A stretch of 64,000 nucleotides of DNA, from the NCBI GenBank assembly GCA_037440005.1, contig JBBIUY010000014.1:1-64000 (forward strand), read 5' to 3'. Within the stretch, counting starts at the first letter, position 1; the number at the start of each line of letters is the position of its first letter. The notes beneath the pieces were generated by a model that saw only the letters and a program-made list of their open reading frames with translations, searched no databases and was not told the origin of the DNA. The translations under genes and the position numbers were made by a program. The stretch is from Armatimonadota bacterium (GTDB lineage Bacteria; Sysuimicrobiota; Sysuimicrobiia; Sysuimicrobiales; Kaftiobacteriaceae). Shown one piece after another: positions 19,142 through 28,959 of this stretch.

Positions 19142-19240
19142 CCCCGCTGTTCCCGACGCTTCCCGAGCCGTTCACCCCGGCTTCACATCCCGCCCCGGTA
19201 TGGGGGAGGAGATCCTGTACCGGGAGGGGCAGCAGGGGAC

Positions 19241-19312
19241 GTGCTGGATACCCAGCTGGCCCGCGGCGAGATCACCGTCGACGACTCTCGCAGGCTCCGG
19301 GCGGAACTGTGA
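19241..19312 (+). other. SHOCT-like micro-ORF or remnant
   Basis: VLDTQLARGEITVDDSRRLRAEL* resembles the SHOCT L.x.R.ARGEI motif. Confidence 0.4.
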
Positions 19313-19343
19313 CGCTGCCCCCGCTCCCTGTGCCGCGGCAGGC

Positions 19344-19922
19344 TCAGCGGGAGGCGTCGGGGGAGGCGGTGAGCAGCGCCCGCACCTGGCGCCGCAGAGT
19401 GGCGTACCCCTCCGGGCCCAGGTACCCTCCGGGTACTTTGGCCCGGATCCGCATCTGGCGGTCGATGAACACCGTGGTCGGCAGCCCGGTGACCTGGTAA
19501 GCCGTCAGGCGGGTCTGCTCGGGGTCGAAGACGTTGGGGTAGGTGATGCCCAGGTCCCGCAGAAACGCCGCCGCGTCGTCGTAGTCGTCGGCGACGTTGA
19601 TGCCCAGGACCACCACGCCGTCCCCGCGGAACTCCCGCCAGGCGCGCTCCAGGTTCGGCATTTCCTCCCGGCACGGCACGCACCACGACGCCCAGAAGTT
19701 CAGGACCACCGTCTGGCCCCGGTAGTCCGACAGGGAGATCAGCGGGCCGGCAAACGACCGCAGCCGGAAGTCGGGGGCGGGGCGCAGGACCGTCGCCTGG
19801 GGAAGGGGCGGCGGTACAGGCGCGGGCCGCTGGATGGTGCGGGCGGCCAGCACCACGGCGGCGGCCAGCGAGGCGGCCAGGACCCCGCCCAGCACCGCTC
19901 CCCAGGGAATGCGTCGGGTCAT
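19344..19922 (-). CDS. TlpA/ResA-like disulfide reductase
   Basis: N-terminal TM, VLNFWASWCVPC, GLPTTVFID. Confidence 0.9.
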   Translation of the reverse strand: MTRRIPWGAVLGGVLAASLAAAVVLAARTIQRPAPVPPPLPQATVLRPAPDFRLRSFAGPLISLSDYRGQTVVLNFWASWCVPCREEMPNLERAWREFRGDGVVVLGINVADDYDDAAAFLRDLGITYPNVFDPEQTRLTAYQVTGLPTTVFIDRQMRIRAKVPGGYLGPEGYATLRRQVRALLTASPDASR

Positions 19923-20024
19923 CGTCTCCACTATAGACGGCGCACCGGCGCGCGGCCACCCGGCAGGGGGCGGACCGGCAAAATACATCGCCCGCCCGAT
20001 GGCCGACCCCCCGCCCGCCGCCGT

Positions 20025-20693
20025 ATGGTAGGGCCAAAAGCGCCCAAACCTGCGGAGAGGCCTCCGGTGGACGAATCCACGACCCGGGAGCGCCTGGTCC
20101 GGCTCCTGCGCGAGACCGGCGGATGCACCATCGCCGACCTCCAGCGCCTGACGGGCCTGTCCCGGTCCACCCTGCGCCAGCACCTGGCGCGCCTGATGCG
20201 GCAGGGGAGGATCCGGGGACACCTGGTGCGCCGTTCCACGGGCCGTCCCCCCCGCGTCTACCGCCTGGCCGCATCGCCCCTGTCCGAGGTGCCCGACCTG
20301 TATCCGGCCCTCCTGCGGAGCCTGCACGAGGCCTGGCGGGTCGGAGGCCGCCGCGAGGTGGAGGCCGCCTTTGCGGAGGTCGCGGACAGGGTCGCGGCCG
20401 CCCACCCGGAGGTCCGCCAGATCCCCGACATCCCCGCCAGGCTGGAGGCGGCGTGCCGGGCGTTCTTCCGCGGGGTGGATCCCCAGGCCGTGGTTCCGGC
20501 CGACGGAGGATGGCAGGTGTCCATCACCACGTGCCCGCTGGCTCCCCTGGCCCTGCAGTTCGGCGACCTGTGCCGGCTCGCCCGCCTGGCCCTGGCGGCG
20601 CTGACGGGGCTGGAGGTGGAGCAGTCCGAGTGGATCACCCGCGGCGACCCCCGCTGCACCTTCGAGGTCCGCCCGCGCGACCCGGCCGCCTGA
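20025..20693 (+). CDS. ArsR/SufR-like winged-HTH regulator with a Cys-containing C-terminal domain
   Basis: LSRSTLRQHLARL..GRPPRVY; TCPL...LC...GDPRCTF. Confidence 0.75.
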   Translation: MVGPKAPKPAERPPVDESTTRERLVRLLRETGGCTIADLQRLTGLSRSTLRQHLARLMRQGRIRGHLVRRSTGRPPRVYRLAASPLSEVPDLYPALLRSLHEAWRVGGRREVEAAFAEVADRVAAAHPEVRQIPDIPARLEAACRAFFRGVDPQAVVPADGGWQVSITTCPLAPLALQFGDLCRLARLALAALTGLEVEQSEWITRGDPRCTFEVRPRDPAA

Positions 20694-20748
20694 CAGGATC
20701 GGGTCTGCGCCCTATTGGCAGCAGGACGCCCCCGGCGTAGCCTTTCAT

Positions 20749-20764
20749 GTTAGCATGATCTAAC
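20749..20764. promoter_or_regulatory. Putative DtxR/MntR operator
   Basis: Palindrome GTTAG-CATGAT-CTAAC immediately upstream of the mntR RBS. Confidence 0.65.
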
Positions 20765-20777
20765 TTGGGAGGCCGCC

Positions 20778-21179
20778 GTGAAGGGCAGGGCGGTGGAGGA
20801 TTACCTTAAGGCGCTGTACGCCCTCACCGAGTCGGGCGGGGCGGCCACCGTGGGGCAGATCGCGGGCCGGCTGGGGGTCTCCGCTCCGTCGGTCACCAAC
20901 ATGATCAAGCGCATGGCCCGGCGGGGTCTGGTGCGTCACGACCCCTACCGGGCCGTCTACCTCACCGACGCCGGCCGCGCGGCCGCCGAGGCCGTGGTCC
21001 GCCGGCACCGGCTGCTGGAACTGTACCTGAACCGGACTCTGGGCGTCGACCTCAGCGAGGTCCACGACGAGGCGGACCGCCTGGAGCACGCCCTCTCCGA
21101 CTCCCTGGAGCGCCGCCTGGACGAACTGCTGGGTCACCCCGACACCGACCCCCACGGCGAGCCCATCCCCCGGGGATGA
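20778..21179 (+). CDS. mntR: DtxR/MntR-family metal-dependent repressor
   Basis: VEDYLKALY, RRHRLLE, EADRLEH, DPHGEPIP. Confidence 0.88.
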   Translation: MKGRAVEDYLKALYALTESGGAATVGQIAGRLGVSAPSVTNMIKRMARRGLVRHDPYRAVYLTDAGRAAAEAVVRRHRLLELYLNRTLGVDLSEVHDEADRLEHALSDSLERRLDELLGHPDTDPHGEPIPRG

Positions 21180-22507
21180 GCCCGCGGTCCCGTTCCCCCC
21201 GCCCGGGGCCGGCCGGCGGGGATGCGGTGCGGCCGGCCGACGCGGCAATGGTGCGGACCGCCGCCGACGTGCTGGAGGGCCGCACCACCCGGCGGGGGCT
21301 GGCCAGGATTCTCCCCTTCCTCGGTCCCGCGTTCGTGGCCAGCGTCGCCTACGTGGACCCCGGCAACTTCGCCACCAACATCCAGGGCGGCGCCGCCTTC
21401 GGCTACACCCTGCTGTGGGTCCTCCTGGCCAGCAACCTCACCGCCATGCTGGTGCAGGCCCTCTCGGCCAAGCTGGGCATCGCCACGGGGCGCAACCTGG
21501 CCGAGGTGTGCCGGGACCGCCTGCCCCGCCCGGTGGTGTGGGGGATGTGGGTGGTGAGCGAGCTGGTGGCCATGGCCACCGACCTGGCCGAGTTCCTGGG
21601 GGCCGCCCTGGGGCTGTACCTGCTGCTGCGCATCCCGCTGCTGCCGGCGGCGCTGCTCACGGGGGTGATCACGCTGGTGATCCTGGCCCTGGAGCGGCGG
21701 GGATTCCGTCCCCTGGAGGCCGTCATCACCGGATTCGTGGGCGTCATCGCCGTCTGCTACCTGATCGAGACGGTCCTGGACCGGCCCGACTGGCGGGCGG
21801 TGGCCCGGGGCGCCCTGGTCCCGCAGTTTGCGGGGACCGAGAGCGTGCTGCTGGCCACCGGGATCCTGGGGGCGACGGTGATGCCCCACGTGATCTTCCT
21901 GCACTCGGCCCTCACCCAGCACCGCATCGTGCCCCGCACCGCCGACCAGGCCCGGCGCCTGTACCGGTACGAGGTGGTCGACGTGGTCATCGCCATGGCG
22001 CTGGCCGGCCTGATCAACGCGGCCATCCTGATCATGGCCGCCTCCACCTTCTACCGGGCGGGGTTGAGCCACATCGCCAGCATCGAGGAAGCCCACCGCA
22101 CCCTGGCCCCGCTGCTGGGTCCGGCCAGCAGCGCGGTCTTCGCCGTCTCGCTGCTGGCCTCCGGGCTGTCGTCGTCCACCGTGGGCACGCTGGCCGGGCA
22201 GGTGATCATGCAGGGCTTCCTGCACCGGCAGATCCCCGTGTGGGTGCGCCGGGTCGTCACCATGGCGCCGGCCCTGGTGGTGGTCGCCCTGGGGCTGGAC
22301 CCCACCCGCACCCTGGTCCTCAGCCAGGTGGTCCTCAGCTTCGGGCTGCCCTTCGCCCTGGTGCCCCTGGTGCTCTTCACCAGCCGGCGGGACCTGATGG
22401 GCGCCCTGGCGAATCGCCCCCTCACGTCGGTTCTGGCGGGAACGGCCACGGCGCTCATCATCGTCCTCAACCTGGTCCTGCTGTACCGGCTGGCCGTGGG
22501 AGGCTAG
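21176..22507 (+). CDS. mntH: Nramp divalent metal transporter
   Basis: AYVDPGN and MPHVIFLHS motifs. Confidence 0.93.
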   Translation: MSPRSRSPRPGPAGGDAVRPADAAMVRTAADVLEGRTTRRGLARILPFLGPAFVASVAYVDPGNFATNIQGGAAFGYTLLWVLLASNLTAMLVQALSAKLGIATGRNLAEVCRDRLPRPVVWGMWVVSELVAMATDLAEFLGAALGLYLLLRIPLLPAALLTGVITLVILALERRGFRPLEAVITGFVGVIAVCYLIETVLDRPDWRAVARGALVPQFAGTESVLLATGILGATVMPHVIFLHSALTQHRIVPRTADQARRLYRYEVVDVVIAMALAGLINAAILIMAASTFYRAGLSHIASIEEAHRTLAPLLGPASSAVFAVSLLASGLSSSTVGTLAGQVIMQGFLHRQIPVWVRRVVTMAPALVVVALGLDPTRTLVLSQVVLSFGLPFALVPLVLFTSRRDLMGALANRPLTSVLAGTATALIIVLNLVLLYRLAVGG

Positions 22508-22510
22508 GCG

Positions 22511-23413
22511 GTGTTCGCGCGCTTGCTGGTTCCCCTGGACGGCTCCCGCCTGGCCGAGTCGGCGCTGCCGGCGGCCGCGGCCCTGGCCGGACGGCTGGGG
22601 GCGCGGGTGGTGCTGCTGCACGTGCTGGAGACGGGTCCGCCCCCTACGGTGCACGGGGACCGCCACGTGCGCACCGACACCGAAGCCCGGGCGTACCTGG
22701 ACGGGGCCGTCCAGTGGATGGCCGCCCGCGGCGTGGCGGCCGAGGCCGTGGTGTGCCCCGAGGTCGGCGGCGTGGCGGCCACCATCGCGCGGCAGGCGGA
22801 AGCCGCCGGGGCCGACCTCATCGTCCTGACCAGCCACGGGCGCAGCGGCGTGCGGGGGCTGCTGTACGGCCGGGTGGCCCAGCAGGTCCTGCAACGGGGG
22901 AGGACCCCCGTGCTGCTGCTGCCGCCGTCGGAGCGGGGACGCGAGGCGGCGTTCGGGTGCCGTCACGTCCTGGTCCCCCTGGACGGCAGCGAGGCGGCGG
23001 AGACCGCCGTGGAGCCCGCCGTCCGGGTGGCGGCCGCCTGCGGCGCCGACCTGTTGCTGGTGTGGGTGGTGCCCACGGTGGAGACCATCTCGGGCGAGCG
23101 TGCCGCCGCCGCCCGGCTGATGCCCACGGCCGCCGCCGCCCTGCTGGACGTGGAGGCCCGGGAGGCGACCAACTACCTGGAGGGCGTCGCGTCCCGGGTG
23201 CAGGCGGCGGGGGTCGCCGCCCGGGCGGCCGTGGAGAGGGGCGAACCCGTGCAGGTGCTGCTGGACACGGCGGCCCGGCAGGGCGCCGACCTGATCGTCA
23301 TGGCCACCCACGGCCGCTCGGGTGTCAGCGCCCTGTGGGCCGGCAGCGTCGCCTCCCGCGTGGTCGGCGCCGGCCAGCGTCCCGTCCTGCTCATCCGCGT
23401 GCCCCGGGTGTAG
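22511..23413 (+). CDS. Tandem universal stress protein
   Basis: Two VPLDGS...HGRSG...G(S/R)VA units. Confidence 0.9.
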   Translation: MFARLLVPLDGSRLAESALPAAAALAGRLGARVVLLHVLETGPPPTVHGDRHVRTDTEARAYLDGAVQWMAARGVAAEAVVCPEVGGVAATIARQAEAAGADLIVLTSHGRSGVRGLLYGRVAQQVLQRGRTPVLLLPPSERGREAAFGCRHVLVPLDGSEAAETAVEPAVRVAAACGADLLLVWVVPTVETISGERAAAARLMPTAAAALLDVEAREATNYLEGVASRVQAAGVAARAAVERGEPVQVLLDTAARQGADLIVMATHGRSGVSALWAGSVASRVVGAGQRPVLLIRVPRV

Positions 23414-23506
23414 GGCCCTCGCAGGGACTCGGGCGGGCATCGGGCGGCGGCCCGATGGATTTCCCCTCCCCGCCCGATGGCGGGCGGAGTGTCTCCCGGA
23501 TAGGGT

Positions 23507-23530
23507 AATCCCGACAAAGATCGTCCGTTT
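23507..23530. promoter_or_regulatory. Putative Rrf2/IscR-type operator
   Basis: AATCCC-GAC-N7-GTC-CGTTT directly upstream of an rrf2 gene. Confidence 0.55.
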
Positions 23531-23539
23531 GTCCCGTTT

Positions 23540-24040
23540 ATGCGACTGTCGCGGCACTCTCAGTACGCCCTGCGCACAGTGCTGGACCTGTGCCGGCACC
23601 CCCGCGCCCGGTCGGCCGACGTCGCCCGCCGCCAGGGTATCCCGCCGGCGTACGCGGCCAAGATTGTCCAGGCGCTGGCCCGGCGGGGGATCGTCCGGAC
23701 GTTTCGCGGGTCCCGGGGCGGCGTGGCCCTGGCCATCCCCCCCCAGGCGCTGACGCTGGCGGACGTGGTGCAGGCGGTGGAGGGGCCCGTGGCCATCAAC
23801 CAGTGCATTCTGTGGGGCGACTGCCCCTGTCCGCAGCCGTGTCCGGTGCGGCGCGCGCTGGCCCGCCTGCAGTCGGTCGTGGAGCGGGAGATGGCGGCGG
23901 TGACCGTGGCCTCCCTGGCCGCGGGGATTCCCCCGGCCTCGGGGGACGGTGGCGCTGCTCCGAGACGCCGGGCGCCGGCCCGCGGGGGGGCGTCCGCGAC
24001 GGACGCGCAGCTTCCAGTCCAGCCAGACCAGCGGAGGTGA
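23540..24040 (+). CDS. Rrf2-family transcriptional regulator
   Basis: SQYALR, RGSRGG, VVQAVEG, CILWGDCPCPQPC. Confidence 0.9.
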   Translation: MRLSRHSQYALRTVLDLCRHPRARSADVARRQGIPPAYAAKIVQALARRGIVRTFRGSRGGVALAIPPQALTLADVVQAVEGPVAINQCILWGDCPCPQPCPVRRALARLQSVVEREMAAVTVASLAAGIPPASGDGGAAPRRRAPARGGASATDAQLPVQPDQRR

Positions 24041-24045
24041 GATCA

Positions 24046-24453
24046 GTGACGGTACGGTGGACGGGTCTGACGGCGGTGGTGCTCCTGGCCCTGGTGGGTG
24101 CTGGGGCCTGCGGCGGCCGGCAGGCGGGCCCTCCGGCGCAGCCGGCCGCGTCTCAGCCGCCCCCGGCGGCGGTCGGCGAGGAGGGACGGGAGGTCGAGGT
24201 GACGATGCACGAGTTCGGCTTTCGCCTGTCCTCCGCCGAGGTGCCCGCCGGCCGGGTCACGTTCGAAGTACGCAACGAGGGGACCATCGAGCACAACTTC
24301 ATCGTCGCCGAGCTCGGTCAGGGCACCTCCCCCATCCCGCCCGGCGGGAAGGCGGAGCTGACGGTGGACCTGCAGCCCGGCACGTACACCGTCGTGTGCG
24401 ACATCCCGGGTCACAAGGAAGCCGGCATGTCCCTGACGGTGACCGTCCGGTAG
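24046..24453 (+). CDS. Cupredoxin (type-1 Cu) lipoprotein
   Basis: Lipobox-like [18 protein letters not shown]. Confidence 0.85.
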   Translation: MTVRWTGLTAVVLLALVGAGACGGRQAGPPAQPAASQPPPAAVGEEGREVEVTMHEFGFRLSSAEVPAGRVTFEVRNEGTIEHNFIVAELGQGTSPIPPGGKAELTVDLQPGTYTVVCDIPGHKEAGMSLTVTVR

Positions 24454-24499
24454 GACTGACGCACGTCGGGACCGATCGAACAGGCGAGGAGGTGACCGC

Positions 24500-25528
24500 A
24501 TGAGACGGTGGTGGTCGCACGCACGCGGACCGGGGGCTGTGGCGGCGGCCCTGGTCCTGCTCTCTCTGGGTTTTGCATCCGGCCGCCCTGCGGCCTCAGG
24601 GGCGGGACAGGCGGTGATCCAGGCGTCGCTTCTGGCGCCCCCGCGGGTGCCGCCTCCGGTGCGCCGCGATCCGGCCCGGGTGGTGGTCAGCCTGCAGACC
24701 GTCGAGATCCGGGGTCAGCTGGCGGACGGAGTGGAGTATGAGTTCTGGACGTTTGGAGGCACGGTGCCCGGTCCCTTCATCCGGGTGCGCGTGGGCGACA
24801 CCGTCGAATTTCACCTCAAGAACGCCAGCTCCAGCCGGCAGATCCACTCCATCGACTTCCACGCCGTCAACGGCCCGGGCGGTGGATCCCCGCTCACCCA
24901 GACGCGTCCCGGCCAGGAGAGCGTGTTCCAGTGGAAGGCCCTCAACCCGGGCCTGTACGTTTACCACTGCGCCTCGCCCCATATCCCCACCCACATCGCC
25001 AACGGCATGTACGGCCTGATCCTGGTGGAACCCGCCGGCGGCCTCCCACGGGTGGACCGGGAGTACTACGTGATGCAGGGGGAGTTCTACACCAAGGGAC
25101 GCCGCGGGGAGAAGGGGCTGCAGCCCTATGACTCCGCCAAGGCGTACCTGGAGCAGCCCGAGTACGTGGTCTTCAACGGGCGGGTGGGGGCGCTGACGGA
25201 CACATCGGCCCTGCAGGCGAAGGTGGGGGAGACCGTGCGTCTGTTCGTCGGCAACGGCGGACCCAATCTGATGTCCGCCTTCCACGTCATCGGCGAGATC
25301 TTCGATCTGGTCTACCCCGAAGGGGCGATGGGCAGCAGTCCGAACCGCAACGTCCAGACCACTCTCATCCCGCCGGGCGGAGCGGCGGTGGTGGAGTTCA
25401 CGATCAACGCGCCGGGGACCTACCTGCTGGTGGACCACAGCATCTTCCGCCTCGACAAGGGAGCGGTGGGGGCTCTGACCGCCACCGGTCCCGCCGCCCC
25501 GGAGGTCTACCAGGGGATCAAGCCCTGA
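24500..25528 (+). CDS. nirK: Copper-containing nitrite reductase
   Basis: HSIDFH, YHCA...[19 protein letters not shown]. Confidence 0.93.
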   Translation: MRRWWSHARGPGAVAAALVLLSLGFASGRPAASGAGQAVIQASLLAPPRVPPPVRRDPARVVVSLQTVEIRGQLADGVEYEFWTFGGTVPGPFIRVRVGDTVEFHLKNASSSRQIHSIDFHAVNGPGGGSPLTQTRPGQESVFQWKALNPGLYVYHCASPHIPTHIANGMYGLILVEPAGGLPRVDREYYVMQGEFYTKGRRGEKGLQPYDSAKAYLEQPEYVVFNGRVGALTDTSALQAKVGETVRLFVGNGGPNLMSAFHVIGEIFDLVYPEGAMGSSPNRNVQTTLIPPGGAAVVEFTINAPGTYLLVDHSIFRLDKGAVGALTATGPAAPEVYQGIKP

Positions 25529-25545
25529 CCGCCGCCCGTCCGGAT

Positions 25546-25579
25546 GCCGGAGGGACGTCCGCGCGGACGTCCCTCCGGC
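25546..25579. terminator. Perfect inverted repeat between convergent genes
   Basis: GCCGGAGGGACGTCC-gcgc-GGACGTCCCTCCGGC; no U-tract. Confidence 0.6.
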
Positions 25580-25604
25580 CCGGCATGGCCCTCCCGGGAG
25601 CGCC

Positions 25605-26276
25605 CTAGGACGACGGGGAGCTGTCCGCCTGCAGCAGGATCCCCGTCCACGCCAGCCAAACGACCGCCAGCGCGGCGCTCAGGCCCAGCAGCAGGCGGCC
25701 GGGCACGATCCGGGACGCCACCAGCAGGGCGCCTCCGAGCATCCCCGCCGCCCCCGCCCCGCGGTAGCGGGGCAGGGACCGCATCGCCGACCCCAGCAGC
25801 AGCGCTCCCAGCCCCACCGCCGTCGTGCCCAGCAGGTCCACGCCTCCGATCACCCCGGCCAGGGCGTAGTACGCATGGCGGGCCGCCACCGGGTCGGCGG
25901 CCTGCAGGCGGGCCAGCGCTCCCACGCCCCCCTGCCACAGCAGCGCCTCCAGGGCCAGGGACGCGGCGCCCACCACCGCCAGGGGACGGCCGATCCGTCC
26001 GGAGGCGCCAGCGTCGCGCACCCGTTCGCCCAGGGCGGTCACGAACACGAACGCCAGGACCGCCGCCAGCGCTCCCCCGCCGACGTTGAGCAGGCCGAAC
26101 AGGATCGGCCGAGCGGCCACGAACGGCAGCAGGGTGTCGGGGTTGTAGTGGGGGTAGGGGCCGGGAGGCCCCAGGCCCGCCGCGGGCATCACCACTCCCA
26201 CCGCCACCCCCACCCAGACCAGGGCCGCGGCGGCCAGAATCCCGCAGGCACCGCCCCAGCGGTACAGCGTCACCAT
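25605..26276 (-). CDS. Multi-pass membrane protein (DUF4386-like)
   Basis: GGGAG RBS and about 6 hydrophobic segments. Confidence 0.6.
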   Translation of the reverse strand: MVTLYRWGGACGILAAAALVWVGVAVGVVMPAAGLGPPGPYPHYNPDTLLPFVAARPILFGLLNVGGGALAAVLAFVFVTALGERVRDAGASGRIGRPLAVVGAASLALEALLWQGGVGALARLQAADPVAARHAYYALAGVIGGVDLLGTTAVGLGALLLGSAMRSLPRYRGAGAAGMLGGALLVASRIVPGRLLLGLSAALAVVWLAWTGILLQADSSPSS

Positions 26277-26339
26277 GGCGCTCCCTCCCGGCCGGGCTTT
26301 CGACGGGGGTCGGGGTCCTTCCCTGGTCGTTTTGGCGTC

Positions 26340-26401
26340 TTGACAGCGCGCCGGGGGCGTGGCATAGTGTGAATGGACTGAATGGACCATTTTGGTCCTA
26401 T
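26340..26401 (+). promoter_or_regulatory. Promoter plus Rrf2-type operator of the NO reductase operon
   Basis: TTGACA-N17-CATAGT (with an extended TG), followed by GGAC-CATTTTG-GTCC (GAC-N7-GTC). Confidence 0.6.
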
Positions 26402-26577
26402 CATCCCAAGACCTCGGCGAGGAGCCCGGTGACGCGCGATCACCAGGACCCGGACGGGAGCGGGCTGCGCCGCCGCACACCGCGGCGGCGCTGTGTTTTC
26501 GCGGCGGATCCGGCGGGCCGGGCGCGCGGCCGTCCCGGGACCGGTGACGTCACCCGGCGGGAGGAGGGGAGGCTGCC

Positions 26578-26712
26578 GTGCGATCGCAACCGCCGTTCTG
26601 GCAGCGCCTGTTCGACCACATCTGGCTGTGGCTGATCCTCAGTAACGTCATCTTCTTCATCACCTACGTGGTGTGGGGCGTGCTGGACGTGTTGCGGATC
26701 CCGGCCCGGTAG
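26578..26712 (+). CDS. Small single-TM accessory subunit of the heme-copper oxidoreductase (not in ORF track)
   Basis: GGAGG RBS; MRSQPPFWQRLFDHIWLWLILSNVIFFITYVVWGVLDVLRIPAR. Confidence 0.75.
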   Translation: MRSQPPFWQRLFDHIWLWLILSNVIFFITYVVWGVLDVLRIPAR

Positions 26713-26724
26713 GGGGAAGCGGCG

Positions 26725-27261
26725 ATGGCGGTGGCACCGGAGCGGGTGTACTGGCACGAGCGGGTCAGCCGCCTGGAGCGCATCTGGGTGACGCTGGCCG
26801 TGGTCATGGTGGTGGTGTTCTTCTCGGCCATGATGCTGGTCTGGCACGCGGTCGGCCGCCAGAACACCGAGGGGCAGGCGTTCCGGGTGGACCCGGCGGC
26901 CTACAGGGCGCAGGTGGAGGCCTTCGCCCGCCAGTACCGGGTGGGCGAGGAGGCGGGCCGCCCGGTGGTGGAGCCGCCGCCGGGAGGCGACGTCTACATG
27001 TACGCCACCCGCTTCGCCTTCTACCCGATCCTGCGGCTGCGGGCGGGGGTCCGGTACACGCTGCACATCGCCTCCCTGGACTACCTGCACGGCTTCTCCA
27101 TCACCCACCCGCACCAGTGGAACCTGCAGCTCTATCCTGGCTACGAGTGGGTGCTGCCGTTCCAGCCCACCCGGCCCGGCGTCTACAACCTGGCGTGCAA
27201 CGAGTTCTGCGGCATCGGGCACGAGTTCATGCTGGGCAAGATCATCGTGGTGGAGAGGTGA
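26725..27261 (+). CDS. Heme-copper oxidoreductase subunit II (CuA)
   Basis: SLDYLHGF, CNEFCGIGHEFM. Confidence 0.9.
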   Translation: MAVAPERVYWHERVSRLERIWVTLAVVMVVVFFSAMMLVWHAVGRQNTEGQAFRVDPAAYRAQVEAFARQYRVGEEAGRPVVEPPPGGDVYMYATRFAFYPILRLRAGVRYTLHIASLDYLHGFSITHPHQWNLQLYPGYEWVLPFQPTRPGVYNLACNEFCGIGHEFMLGKIIVVER

Positions 27262-27267
27262 CTGCCC

Positions 27268-28959
27268 ATGGCCACCGAGGCGCGCACCTGCGCGGTCACC
27301 GGGTTCCGGGTCTACCGGCAGACCGAAGCCCTCATCAAAGCCAACGCCGTCACCGCCGTGGTCTTCCTGCTGGTGGGCGGCGTCGCCGCCGTGGTGGTCC
27401 TGCTGACCCGGTGGCTGGGCCTGTTCGCCCCCCGCATCTTCTACCAGTTCATCGCCCTGCACGGCTGGAGCATGCTGATCTTCTGGATCATCTTCTTCGA
27501 GGTGGCGATCCTGCACTTCGCCGGCTCGGTGATGCTGAACACGCGCCTGGCCGGCCCTCGCCTGGCCTGGACGGCCTTCGGCCTGATGCTGGCGGGGGCG
27601 GTGATGGTGGAGGCGGCCATCCTCCGCTCGCCGCTGAACCACCTGTCCTTCCAGCCCTACCCGCCCCTGCGGGGGACGTGGGACTTCTACCTGGGGACCG
27701 ACCTGTTCGCCGTGGGGGCGCTGGTGGCGGTGGGGGTCTTCTTTGCCACCGTCTACCGGGCGCGGCGGGAGAAGGCCTACGAGGGCCCGCTGCCCCTGGT
27801 GGTCTACGGTGCGTTCGTCACGGCGGTCCTGGCGGTGGCCACGCTGCTGGTGGGGGCCATGGTGTTCGTCCCGGCGTTCCTGTGGTCGGTGGGCCTGATC
27901 CCGTCCCTGAACCCCTTCGTGTGGAAGCTGGTGTACTGGGGCTACGGCCACCCCTCCCAGCAGATCAACCTGGGCGCCACCATCTCGGTGTGGTACCTGC
28001 TGGCCTTTCTGACGGTCGGAGGGGTGACGCCCAGCGAGAAGATCTCGCGGCTGGCCTTCGTCCTGTACCTGGTGGCCATCAACCTGGGCTCGGCCCACCA
28101 CCTGCAGACCGAGCCCAGCGCCGCCCTGTCGGTGGGGTGGAAGTGGATCAACACCGGCTACCTGATGCACCTGGCGGTGCTGGGGAGCATGATCCACGCC
28201 TTCGCCGTGCCCGGCAGCGTGGAGATCGGTCAGCGGGCCCGGGGCTACGACCGGGGCGTGTTCCAGTGGCTGGCCCGGGGGCCGTGGGGTAACCCGGCCT
28301 TCAGCAGCCTGGTCCTGTCGGTGGCGCTGTTCGGCTTTCTGGGCGGGACCACCGGGGTGATCGCCGGCACCGAGCAGCTGAACCTGAAGTGGCACAACAC
28401 CACCGCCATCATGGGCCACTTCCACGGGGTGGTGGTGGCGGGGACCACGCTGGCGTTCATGGGGCTGACCTACTACGTGCTGCCCCTGATCTTCCGGCGG
28501 GAGGTCATCCACCGCCGGCTGGCCGCCGTGCAGCCCTGGCTGTTCGGCATCGGGGTCGGGGTGATGGTCGTGGCGTTCATGCAGCTGGGCGTGCGCTTCG
28601 GCCTGCCCCGCAAGCAACCGGACGTGTTCGGCTTCGGGCGATCCCCGCTGGCCTTCCGGTACCCGCCGGAGGTGTTCGCGCTGCTCACGGTGGCGGGGGT
28701 CGGCGGCCTGCTGGCCCTGGCGGGGGGCGCGCTGTTCGTGGCCCTGGTGGTGGGCACGGTCCTGTGGGGACGGCGGCTCACCGACCAGGAGCTGCAGCGC
28801 GACTACGCCATCCCGCGGCCCGCTTCCAACCCGGGGCACCCCCGGGACGTGAGCGTCCGCGGCACCTTCATCTTGTGCCTGATCTTCGCCGCGTTCTTCC
28901 TGACCATGTACCTGGCCAACTACGCGAACCTGGCCCGGGCCTGGCCCATCGGCCACTGA
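27268..28959 (+). CDS. Heme-copper superfamily subunit I, eNOR-type nitric oxide reductase
   Basis: ALHG, WGYGHPSQQIN (Gln in place of the cross-link Tyr), SAHH, VPGSVE, GHFHG. Confidence 0.8.
   Translation: MATEARTCAVTGFRVYRQTEALIKANAVTAVVFLLVGGVAAVVVLLTRWLGLFAPRIFYQFIALHGWSMLIFWIIFFEVAILHFAGSVMLNTRLAGPRLAWTAFGLMLAGAVMVEAAILRSPLNHLSFQPYPPLRGTWDFYLGTDLFAVGALVAVGVFFATVYRARREKAYEGPLPLVVYGAFVTAVLAVATLLVGAMVFVPAFLWSVGLIPSLNPFVWKLVYWGYGHPSQQINLGATISVWYLLAFLTVGGVTPSEKISRLAFVLYLVAINLGSAHHLQTEPSAALSVGWKWINTGYLMHLAVLGSMIHAFAVPGSVEIGQRARGYDRGVFQWLARGPWGNPAFSSLVLSVALFGFLGGTTGVIAGTEQLNLKWHNTTAIMGHFHGVVVAGTTLAFMGLTYYVLPLIFRREVIHRRLAAVQPWLFGIGVGVMVVAFMQLGVRFGLPRKQPDVFGFGRSPLAFRYPPEVFALLTVAGVGGLLALAGGALFVALVVGTVLWGRRLTDQELQRDYAIPRPASNPGHPRDVSVRGTFILCLIFAAFFLTMYLANYANLARAWPIGH

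Noticed and set aside
26402..26570. Possible riboswitch in the NOR operon leader
   Set aside because: The region is GC-rich, but I found no recognisable conserved motif or convincing unique fold.
27268..28959. ba3-type oxygen reductase call
   Set aside because: The active-site Tyr is replaced by Gln.
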